Shown here piece by piece: positions 1 through 8,127 of a stretch of 64,000 bases of DNA. The stretch is taken from contig JBGANV010000001.1 in assembly GCA_044222185.1 (NCBI GenBank), forward strand, positions 2,080,001 to 2,144,000, given 5' to 3'. The notes beneath the pieces were generated by a model. The model made no database searches. It worked only from the letters and a program-made list of their open reading frames with translations, and was not told where the DNA came from. This DNA is from Planctomycetota bacterium (GTDB taxonomy: Bacteria > Planctomycetota > GCA-002687715 > CAIWVZ01). Made by a program: the position numbers and the translations under genes. The stretch's first letter is position 1; each line of letters begins with the position of its first letter.

Positions 1-414
1 ACGGAGGAGTACCCCGGCCTGAATCTCCCCCTGCGAGAGGATGTGGTGGCCTCGGCGCCGGAGAGAGAAGAACAAGCGAGCGTGTTTGCTGCCGACGAAT
101 CCGACCTCGAGTTCGAGCCGCTGGAGGTCGGGGCCGACGTCGCGCGTCCGTGGCTCGTGGCGAACCCTGACGCGAATGCCCGCGGCAACGGCGAGACGGG
201 GCTCGAGCTCGCGGTCGAACCGCCGAAGCTCCCCCGGCAGCCCGCCGAACGTCCGGCCGCCCCCCCGCCGCCGCCACGACGAACGCGGCCGACGGCAGCT
301 CCGGCCGCCGAGGCTCCCCCTGCACCGGCTCCAGCTCCGACACCGCCCCCGATGCCACCGCCGGAACCCCCAATCGAGCCACCGGCGGATCCCTTCGGCT
401 TCGGGATCATCTGA
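1..414 (+). CDS. 3' end of a hypothetical protein with Pro/Ala-rich C-terminal tail (5'-truncated by the window)
   Basis: The 43..414 frame has GC-typical codon use and a Pro-rich tail (PAPAPAPTPPPMPPPEPP) ending DPFGFGII-stop; the true start probably lies upstream of the window. Confidence 0.6.
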   Translation, partial: TEEYPGLNLPLREDVVASAPEREEQASVFAADESDLEFEPLEVGADVARPWLVANPDANARGNGETGLELAVEPPKLPRQPAERPAAPPPPPRRTRPTAAPAAEAPPAPAPAPTPPPMPPPEPPIEPPADPFGFGII

Positions 415-745
415 CGTCTGTTCCGAGTGACGCACCGGTCGCGCCCTGATGCCGCCGACCCCCAGGCGCGCCCGCGACCAGCGAACCCCCGCGGCCGCCT
501 TGGTCACCACGCCAACCGGACGCCGTCGCGCGGGTCGGCGCCGCACGCGCGACGCTGACCCGGGGATCGAGGCCCGACGTCGTGCCGTCACCGCCGTGTG
601 ACACCTGCGTGCGAGGTCCCGCTTCCAAGACAGGGCCCCGGCGAGCGACGCCAACGCGCGCCGGCCGAAGGCCGCACTCAGGGAGTATTTGCTTCGACGC
701 ACGCGAGACTTCGGTCGAAGATGTGTAAGTCTTGCACGCCCTGCA

Positions 746-758
746 GGGGGGGGGGGGG
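746..758 (+). repeat. G13 homopolymer tract 10 nt upstream of ATG 769
   Basis: ctgca-G13-ccgacgacacATG read directly from the sequence. Confidence 0.9.
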
Positions 759-768
759 CCGACGACAC

Positions 769-2502
769 ATGAAGGACCTCGACCTGGCCGCTCGGATGAA
801 AACTCGAAAGCGAATCGTCCGGGCAGGCACGTTCCTGGCCGTCCTCGCGCTCGCACCGGTTCTCGGCGGCTGCGGCGGCAGCCCTGCCCCCCAGGGAACC
901 GACGTTGCGGATGGAGCCGATCCCCCCGAAGTCCAACTGGGTGAACGGTTGTTCGTCGAGACGCGCTTCGCGCAAGTCTTCGCGGCAAACGCTTCGGGCG
1001 ACGTGAACGCGCCGCTCCAGACCGGAGACCCGACGCTCGACGTCCTGGTTACGTCGGGCGCGCCGCTCCCCGGTCCCTTCTCGGGCGCGACGATCAACTG
1101 CCGTCAGTGTCATCTGGTCGACGAGGCGGACGGCGTCCAGGGAGGTGGGATCAGGACCTACGGTGACTTCGCGCCCCGCTCAGCCATCCCGGCACGGCTC
1201 GACGGCCTGGTCACCGCACCGCGGAATTCGCCGCCCCTGGTGAACGCGTCCCTCGATCGGACCGGGCCTTTCGTCCTTCACTTCGACGGCGAGTTCGAGT
1301 CGATCGAAGCGCTCGTCGTCGGGACGCTCACGGGCAGGAACTACGGATGGCTGGCCAACGAACGCAGCGCCGCACGTGCGCACATCGCGCGCATCATCCG
1401 GGAGGACGATGGCAGGGGGCCGATCGCCGCGGACTTCGGCGGACTCTCGTACGCCGAGGTCCTGAAGTCGTCGCCGACGGTCCGTGCGCCGTGGCGCCTT
1501 CCCGCCGACCTGCGCCTCGACGTGGAGGTGGCATCCGACGACTCCATCATCGAGGTCGTCGCGCGCTTGATCGCGATCTACGTCAAGCAGCTCGAGTTCG
1601 CCCGGAACGAAGCCGGCGAGTTCGTGGGCAGCCCGTTCGACCTCTTCCTCGCACGCAATGGGCTTCCCAGGCAACCGGACGCTGGCGAAACGCCGCTCGC
1701 CTATGCGCGTCGACTTCGTGCGTCTCTCGGGCACCTCTCCCCGCCGCAGTTCATCACGCCGGCGGATGGCACCTTCATCCACCACGCGCAGCCATTCGTA
1801 TTCGGGGCCACCGAGCTCGCCGGCCTGACGACCTTCCTCGCGGAACCCTCCACGATGCCCCCGTCGCCGGCCGAGATCGCACAAGGCACGATCGGAAACT
1901 GCATCGCCTGCCATCAGCCGCCGGTGTTCACGGACTTCGCGTTCCACAACGTCGGCGTCTCCCAGGCCGCATTCGACTCGCTCCACGGGCCGGGCGCCTT
2001 CTCGAACCTGCCCATCCCCGACCTCGCGGCGCGGTCACTCGCCCCGTCACAGTGGCTGCCGCCGACGGCAGAGAACCCGATCGCGGCGAGCGTCTTTCGG
2101 AGCGTGCCGAGCCTGTCGGACCCCGCAGCGACGGACCTGGGGTTGTGGAACGTCTTCGCCAACCCCGCGCTCCCGGGCCCGCAAGCGGCGTTGACGTCGA
2201 TCGTGCAGGAAGTGTTCTCCCTCCCGGCGACGACCACCGACCCGGCTCGGCTCCTGCCGATGACCGTGGCGTTGTTCAAGACGCCGAACCTGCGGGACCT
2301 GGGCCATGGCGCGCCCTATTTCCACGACGGATCGAAGGAAACGCTCGACGACGTCGTTCAGCATTACAGGGTGTTCTCGCCCCTCGCCCGGGCAAAGCAG
2401 GTACGGAACGCGGACCCGCGGCTTCAGGGCATCGCACTGAACGCGGGCGACGTCGCGCCGCTCATCGCATTCCTTCAGTCGTTGAACGAGGACTACGAGT
2501 GA
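769..2502 (+). CDS. Di-heme cytochrome c peroxidase/MauG-family lipoprotein
   Basis: Lipobox-like LGGC after a hydrophobic stretch; two CxxCH motifs (CRQCH, CIACH); RNSPPL and FKTPNLRDL..APYFHDGS family motifs. Start placed at ATG 769 (796 is an alternative). Confidence 0.85.
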   Translation: MKDLDLAARMKTRKRIVRAGTFLAVLALAPVLGGCGGSPAPQGTDVADGADPPEVQLGERLFVETRFAQVFAANASGDVNAPLQTGDPTLDVLVTSGAPLPGPFSGATINCRQCHLVDEADGVQGGGIRTYGDFAPRSAIPARLDGLVTAPRNSPPLVNASLDRTGPFVLHFDGEFESIEALVVGTLTGRNYGWLANERSAARAHIARIIREDDGRGPIAADFGGLSYAEVLKSSPTVRAPWRLPADLRLDVEVASDDSIIEVVARLIAIYVKQLEFARNEAGEFVGSPFDLFLARNGLPRQPDAGETPLAYARRLRASLGHLSPPQFITPADGTFIHHAQPFVFGATELAGLTTFLAEPSTMPPSPAEIAQGTIGNCIACHQPPVFTDFAFHNVGVSQAAFDSLHGPGAFSNLPIPDLAARSLAPSQWLPPTAENPIAASVFRSVPSLSDPAATDLGLWNVFANPALPGPQAALTSIVQEVFSLPATTTDPARLLPMTVALFKTPNLRDLGHGAPYFHDGSKETLDDVVQHYRVFSPLARAKQVRNADPRLQGIALNAGDVAPLIAFLQSLNEDYE

Positions 2503-3176
2503 ACCAACCGGATGCCCCAACCGTGGCTCGAACGCGTCCGATCGACCTCCGCCTCTCGCACCAGGTGCGGCGGGCTCGGCGGCCGATCCTGATCGCCATC
2601 TTGCCGAACTGCGCGATCCTCGGCGCCTTCGCGGCCTGGGGCCTCGCGAGCCATCAACGCCTCGACCATTTCACCGGCGATCCCGTGGCACTGCTCCATG
2701 GGTCCGCATCCACCGGCGCGGTCTCCATGCTCGGAGCCATCCTGTGGGCCGCGGCGACGGCGCTCGCGGTCTTCGGGATGCTGTTCCGGTTGCCGGACTC
2801 CGACCTCACGCGCAGGTTCCTCGGGTGGACGGCCGCGTTCAGCGCATGGCTGATGCTCGACGACGTCTTCCTCCTGCACGAACGGGTGTTTCCCAAGTAC
2901 ATGAACATCCCGGAACCGGCGGTGTTCGTGGCGTACGTGGGTTCCTGCGTCGGATGGCTCGGCGCGTTCTGGCGCCGAATCCTCGCGACTGACTGGCTTC
3001 TGATGGTGACCGCCTTCGCCTTGCTCGGGGCATCGATGGGCATCGATGCCTGCATTCATTGGGACTCGCACGTGGTGACCTTCATCGAGGACTCGCTGAA
3101 GTACCTCGGGATCGCGGTCTGGGTCGCCTACACCGGCAGCGTCGCGCGGCAGGCCGTCGGCCGCGCGGGGACGTAG
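2499..3176 (+). CDS. Integral membrane protein (about 6-7 TM), translationally coupled to the di-heme enzyme
   Basis: GTG start overlaps the upstream TGA (GTGA); several hydrophobic helices; LDDVFLLHE and IEDSLK motifs. Confidence 0.75.
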   Translation: MNQPDAPTVARTRPIDLRLSHQVRRARRPILIAILPNCAILGAFAAWGLASHQRLDHFTGDPVALLHGSASTGAVSMLGAILWAAATALAVFGMLFRLPDSDLTRRFLGWTAAFSAWLMLDDVFLLHERVFPKYMNIPEPAVFVAYVGSCVGWLGAFWRRILATDWLLMVTAFALLGASMGIDACIHWDSHVVTFIEDSLKYLGIAVWVAYTGSVARQAVGRAGT

Positions 3177-3386
3177 CGCGCGAAGGTCGAGGCCGCGCGC
3201 TCGGACCCGACGAGCAAGGACGCGGCGGGCACCCGCCCCGGTTCGCGCGATCCCCCATCCGAGAACCCGCCGGCTGAGACGGCGGCGTCGCCCCGGCCCC
3301 GCGTCACACGGAACCCGTCGTCCCCCGGCGTGCGGTTTCCCGGGCACGAGTCTCGACAGGTGCGCAACGGTCGGTCGCTCGGCGCC

Positions 3387-3443
3387 GTCTGACGTCGAAA
3401 CGCCCCGGAACGTCCCGCGAGTTCCCGGGGCGCACGGTCAGAC
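3387..3443. other. Long imperfect intergenic hairpin
   Basis: gtctgac...cgccccggaac / gttcccggggcg...gtcagac nested inverted repeat. Confidence 0.5.
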
Positions 3444-3503
3444 TCGCGCCGCCCGGGGCGTCGCGCTGCGGTGCGGTCGGCGCCGTTCATTACAATCCCC
3501 GCC

Positions 3504-6347
3504 ATGCACGGCGTGACATCGGCGGCGCGGGCGCTCCTCGGACTGGCTCTCCTCGGGCTTTCAGCGTTCGGACAGGACCCCACGGGCGCAGCGGCCGCGC
3601 GCGTGACGCTCGAGTCGCTGATCCCCAAAGGCACGAAGGACATCACCGCCGTACTCGACAAGCGCGGCAACGACGTCTTCGACGTGCTCGTGACCGCCGT
3701 CGGAACCGACCCCGCGCCGCTGGCCAACGCGAAGAAGGTCGCCGAGTTGCTCGCCGGTCCGGAACGGGATGGCGTGAAACAGATGCTCTCGGCGATGGAG
3801 GCGGCAAAGCCCGAGGAGCGGGAGGCGTTCGCGCGGGGCGTCGCGGGCCTGGGCGCTCTGGAGTCCGCACTGATCGACCCGAAGGGGATCGTCAAGGCGG
3901 TCGCGGAGGCACAGTCCGCGCTGAAGGAGAAGCTCGGGGCGACACCGCACCCCTGGCTCAAGGCGCGAGCCGCCGTCGCCGACGCACTCGCCGGGATCAC
4001 GAACGATTCAGCGTCCGCCGAGCCGGCCCTGAAGGAAGCCGTGACGGCGTTCGCCGCGGTGAGCGATCGCTACCATCTCGCGCTCGCGTCAGCCCTGTGG
4101 TCGAAGGCGTTGCTCGATGCAAACCAGGGATTCGATTCGATCCGTGCCCGTGAGAACGCCCAGGCTCTCGTCGCCGAGCTGAAGGTCCAGCTCGACCGCC
4201 CGGGGCTCGTCACGACGGTGCTTGCGCGCGTGGACCTCGTCCTCGCCCGACGCATGTTCGACGAAGGCTGGGACGAGCCCGCACTCACCGCTGCGCAGCG
4301 TGCGCGGTCGACCTTCAAGACCTACGATCCCACGCGTGATCTCGACGCGGCCGTCGTCTTCGCGTGGTTGATGATCGAGCGCCGGAGCTTCGCCGCCGCC
4401 CTGGAAGCCCTGAAGCCCTACCAGGCGAAGATGATGGCGATCGAGCGTCGCGAGTTGCTCCTGCGCTACTCGAACTGCCTCGCGACGGCGCTTCGACTGT
4501 CCGGCAAGCCACAAGTCGGGGCGGACATCCTGAAGAAGGTCCTCGTTCAAACGAAGCAGATGAACGCCGACCCGAAGGACGAGGTCGTTCCGCGCTTCGC
4601 GCTCGCTCTGTGCCTCGCTCAGAGCAACCAGACCGAGGCTGCTGCCGTGGCGTTCGAGGGCGTGGCCAGGCAGGCGGACGATGCCGGCGTGCCGGCCATC
4701 GGGCGGGCCGCCATCATGAACCGCGCCCTCCTCCAGCTGTCGCAGAAGCGTGACGTCGACGGCACGAAGACGATGGAACGCGCCATCGCGCTCTCCGCAG
4801 GCGGGCCGACGCTCGACCGCATCCAGGGATCCAGCGCGATGATGGCGTACGCGGAACTCCTGGTGGACATGGAGAAGCTGCCGGAGGCCATGAAGTGGTT
4901 CAAGCTGGCCTCGGGTGTCGCGGAGGAGCTGGGCGTCTCGCCCGACGACCTGCGCAGCGCCTCGGGAATGGTCGTCGCGCCGACGGGCGTCCCCATGGCG
5001 ACGCGCCTGGCCTCGACGATCACGACCGCGGAGGTCCGCCTCGACTGGGCGTCGCTCGAGCCCGCATTCCTCGCAGCAGAGCGCCCCGGGTTCGACATCA
5101 TCGCGAAGCTTGCGAGCGACGACACGGCCACGCCCGAGATGATCGAGCAGGCGCAGAACTCGCGCCGCCAGATCACGCGGATCCTGCGCGGACTCGCCGG
5201 CCTGCGCCCTGCGATCTCCGAGGATGAGACGGCGCGGATCGTGCGCGAGCGAAAGGGCCTCATGGACGGCGTCTGGACCGCGAATCCTGCGTTTGCCACG
5301 AAGGCGTTCCCGCGGATTGCATCGATCGCCCGAACCAGGACGCATTACTGCGGAATCGACGGCGCCGTCTTCCACGCCGTCATCACATCCGGTGGTTCCT
5401 ACGTGATGGGGTTCTCGCGCCACCAGATGTCGCTCCGCGCCTTGAACACGGCGCAACCGGCGACGATGGATCTCGTGGCCGCCTACCGAGCGGTGATGAA
5501 GAACCCCAAGTCGTCGATCCCCGAGTTCCTCGCGGCCGCGGGTCCGCTCTACGACCGAATCATCGAGCCCGTGAAGAACACCTTCGAAGGCAAGAAGTGG
5601 ATCGCGGTCTACGTCGACAAGGAGCTGGACGACGTCCCGATCGAGTGCCTGGTGCCGCCGGGGACGACGGCCACGAGCTGGAAGTCCATGCCGTTCCTCA
5701 TGAACTCGATCGCGATCGCGCGCGTCCCGACGGCGAGTCGCGCCCTCATGCCACGGGAGCGGCGCACCACGAACTGGCTGTCGACGCCGTGGCTCGGCGC
5801 CGTCGTCACGGGCGCGCCGGACGAGGTCCTCGCCGGGGCGCGCTACTTCGACCCGAGCCTGTCGGCGACGCAGCTGAAGGGAGATCGCGCGAACATCCTG
5901 ACGCTCCCCGACTACAAGTCGCTGTTCGTCAAGTCGGACCCGCCGCCCGAGGGCCGGTTCCCCAACGGAGGCGTGCTCTGGTTCGGCCCCGGTTACACGC
6001 AGAAGTTCTGCGACTGGCCCCACGGCAGCACCCCCGAGGTCGTCGTTTCCTCCGATCTGCTCACGCCGCAGTACAACGGCGACGATCTGCCCATGCGCCT
6101 CCTCGGCAAGGGCCCGCGGGCGGTCGTCCACCCGCGGGCGAAGATGGACAAGGCTCTCGCGCTTGCGCTCGTGCAGGCGACGCTCCAGGGAATGGGGCAG
6201 CAAGGGCTGAGCCCCGCGGAGGCCGTCACCGAAGCGAAGAAATCACTCGTGCAGGGCACGCTGAAGGTCGCGGGCGCGCCGCCCAAGGACGAGATGCTTC
6301 ATCCGGCCTCCTGGTGCCCCATGGAAGCCTGGGTCGTGCAGCCCTGA
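3504..6347 (+). CDS. Secreted TPR-repeat protein with degenerate C-terminal CHAT-like domain
   Basis: Signal peptide (LLGLALLGLSAFGQ); Ala-rich helical repeats; CHAT hallmarks LYDRIIEPV, ELDDVPIECL, PAEAVTEAK and HPASW near the C-terminus. Confidence 0.7.
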   Translation: MHGVTSAARALLGLALLGLSAFGQDPTGAAAARVTLESLIPKGTKDITAVLDKRGNDVFDVLVTAVGTDPAPLANAKKVAELLAGPERDGVKQMLSAMEAAKPEEREAFARGVAGLGALESALIDPKGIVKAVAEAQSALKEKLGATPHPWLKARAAVADALAGITNDSASAEPALKEAVTAFAAVSDRYHLALASALWSKALLDANQGFDSIRARENAQALVAELKVQLDRPGLVTTVLARVDLVLARRMFDEGWDEPALTAAQRARSTFKTYDPTRDLDAAVVFAWLMIERRSFAAALEALKPYQAKMMAIERRELLLRYSNCLATALRLSGKPQVGADILKKVLVQTKQMNADPKDEVVPRFALALCLAQSNQTEAAAVAFEGVARQADDAGVPAIGRAAIMNRALLQLSQKRDVDGTKTMERAIALSAGGPTLDRIQGSSAMMAYAELLVDMEKLPEAMKWFKLASGVAEELGVSPDDLRSASGMVVAPTGVPMATRLASTITTAEVRLDWASLEPAFLAAERPGFDIIAKLASDDTATPEMIEQAQNSRRQITRILRGLAGLRPAISEDETARIVRERKGLMDGVWTANPAFATKAFPRIASIARTRTHYCGIDGAVFHAVITSGGSYVMGFSRHQMSLRALNTAQPATMDLVAAYRAVMKNPKSSIPEFLAAAGPLYDRIIEPVKNTFEGKKWIAVYVDKELDDVPIECLVPPGTTATSWKSMPFLMNSIAIARVPTASRALMPRERRTTNWLSTPWLGAVVTGAPDEVLAGARYFDPSLSATQLKGDRANILTLPDYKSLFVKSDPPPEGRFPNGGVLWFGPGYTQKFCDWPHGSTPEVVVSSDLLTPQYNGDDLPMRLLGKGPRAVVHPRAKMDKALALALVQATLQGMGQQGLSPAEAVTEAKKSLVQGTLKVAGAPPKDEMLHPASWCPMEAWVVQP

Positions 6348-6354
6348 CGCCGCA

Positions 6355-6933
6355 GTGCGCGCCGACGAACTCATCGCGCGGCTCTCCACGTCGCGCCCGA
6401 CGGAGCTCCCGCTCGAGCCCGGCGACGTTCACGCCGCCGTCGCCGTGATCCTCAGCGACCGTCCCGGCGCGGGAACGGCGGTCCTGTTGATCCAGCGCGC
6501 GATCCGCGAGGGGGATCCCTGGTCGGGCCACACGGCGTTTCCCGGCGGCCGTGTGGAACCGCAAGACCGCTCGCTCGCCGACACGGCGCGACGAGAGACG
6601 TGGGAGGAAGTCGGCCTCGAACTGGATGCTGAGGAGATCCGCGGCACCGGCAGCGACATCCGTGCGTGGCGACAGGGGCGTCCAGCGCCCGTGATCGTCC
6701 GGCCGATCCTCTTCCAGGTCGCCCGGCCGCCGTCGCTGACCCTCTCGAACGAAGTCCAGAAGGCGTGCTGGACGCCCATCGACGAGCTCACCGCGGAGCG
6801 GAACCGCACCACGCACAGCGTCCACGATCGGACACACCCGGCGATTCGCACGAACGAGCTGTTCGTGTGGGGCCTCACCTACCGCGTGCTTTCCCAACTG
6901 TTCTCCCGCGCTGGCGTCTGCTCGCTTCCCTGA
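6355..6933 (+). CDS. Nudix hydrolase, CoA pyrophosphatase (NudL-like)
   Basis: AAVAV, PWSGHTAFPGG..E......ARRETWEEVG Nudix box, VWGLT. Confidence 0.9.
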   Translation: MRADELIARLSTSRPTELPLEPGDVHAAVAVILSDRPGAGTAVLLIQRAIREGDPWSGHTAFPGGRVEPQDRSLADTARRETWEEVGLELDAEEIRGTGSDIRAWRQGRPAPVIVRPILFQVARPPSLTLSNEVQKACWTPIDELTAERNRTTHSVHDRTHPAIRTNELFVWGLTYRVLSQLFSRAGVCSLP

Positions 6934-6959
6934 CGGCGACAACGCGGCACAATCGTCCC

Positions 6960-8090
6960 ATGTCGCACCCCCGCCCTTCCGTCGCGTCCCGACTCGGCCC
7001 CGCCGCACTGCTGCTGGGCGTCCTCACCCTCCCGCTCGCAGGACTCCTCGCCCAGGAGACCGCGTCGAAGCCCGCGAAGCGGATCCACTGGAGCATCCAG
7101 GCGCCGATCGCCGGGGTGCCGTGTCCGTCGCACGTCCAGAAGCTCGATGCGCCCGAATCCTGCGTGTTCGGGACCTTCCCGCTGGCGACGTCGCGCAAGC
7201 CCGTCGTCGACGGCGACACCATCCGCGTGGAGGGCAAACAAGAGTCGCTCCGCCTCATCGGCCTCGATTGCGAGGAGACGTTCAAGGACGAGGGGAAGCG
7301 TCAGCTCGCGCGAGCCGATTGGAACGAGTACGTGAAGACGGAGCTCGCGGGCCACGACCCGGCGCGTCCTCCCAAGTACGCCACGTGGATGGGTGAAGCC
7401 GCCAAGGACTTCGCCGAACAGTTCTTTGCCGGCAAGAAGACCGTGCGGCTGGAGTGGGACGAACCGTCGCGCAAGATCGACACCTACGGCCGCCACCTCG
7501 TGCTGATTCTCGTCGAGGACGCGGGCCACTGGGTCAACTTCAACGTCGAAGTCGTCCGGCAGGGACTCTCGCCGTACTTCGTGAAGTACGGTCGCAGCGT
7601 CCGCTACCACGACGCCTTCGTGGCGGCGCAGAAGGAGGCGCAGACGGCGGGACGAGGCATCTGGGCGACCCCGGGACCGTTCCAGCACTACCCCGACTAC
7701 GCCGTGCGCCTCGCGTGGTGGAACGAGCGTGATGCCGCCATCGCCGAGGCGGAGGCCTTCCGCAAGACCCACGAGGATCTGTTCATCCTCGGCGTCGACG
7801 CGGAATGGCAACGGCTGCTGAAGGCCGAGGGGAAGCCCGTCACGGTGTTCGGATCGACCGGCGACGTGAAGACGGCGGGCGAGCACGTGATCCAGCACTT
7901 CAACCACGCGAAGGGCGTGGACTTCGCCGTGGTCGGGTCCAGGGCCGAGATCGACGCGCTCGCGTTCACGGCCCAGGAGGGCAACCTCCTCTACCTCCAC
8001 GGGACCCTCGAGCTGTACCAGGGCAAGCCGCAGTTCCGCGCCGCCACGGTCAAGGTGACGCGAAAGCCCCCGGAGGCCGCAGCGAAGTAG
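6960..8090 (+). CDS. Secreted thermonuclease (SNase) family protein with C-terminal OB-fold-like extension
   Basis: Signal peptide; VVDGDT, RLIGLDCEE, DTYGRHL, N..VVRQG, AQKEAQ..GRGIW motifs; C-terminal G.LELYQGKPQ. Confidence 0.85.
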   Translation: MSHPRPSVASRLGPAALLLGVLTLPLAGLLAQETASKPAKRIHWSIQAPIAGVPCPSHVQKLDAPESCVFGTFPLATSRKPVVDGDTIRVEGKQESLRLIGLDCEETFKDEGKRQLARADWNEYVKTELAGHDPARPPKYATWMGEAAKDFAEQFFAGKKTVRLEWDEPSRKIDTYGRHLVLILVEDAGHWVNFNVEVVRQGLSPYFVKYGRSVRYHDAFVAAQKEAQTAGRGIWATPGPFQHYPDYAVRLAWWNERDAAIAEAEAFRKTHEDLFILGVDAEWQRLLKAEGKPVTVFGSTGDVKTAGEHVIQHFNHAKGVDFAVVGSRAEIDALAFTAQEGNLLYLHGTLELYQGKPQFRAATVKVTRKPPEAAAK

Positions 8091-8127
8091 CCGCCCCTCA
8101 TGGCGCGCGGCGCGCCGTCTTTCCCCG

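Noticed and set aside
598-768. N-terminal extensions given by the ORF track (also at 1347, 6666, 35314, 37995, 39277, 42912, 50530, 62193, 63587)
   Set aside because: These extensions overlap neighbouring genes or read as non-protein-like; downstream starts have better SD, signal peptide or coupling support
3504-8090. CHAT, Nudix and nuclease genes as an anti-phage defence operon
   Set aside because: The CHAT protein and nuclease have signal peptides, the CHAT looks inactive, and the Nudix is a housekeeping CoA pyrophosphatase type
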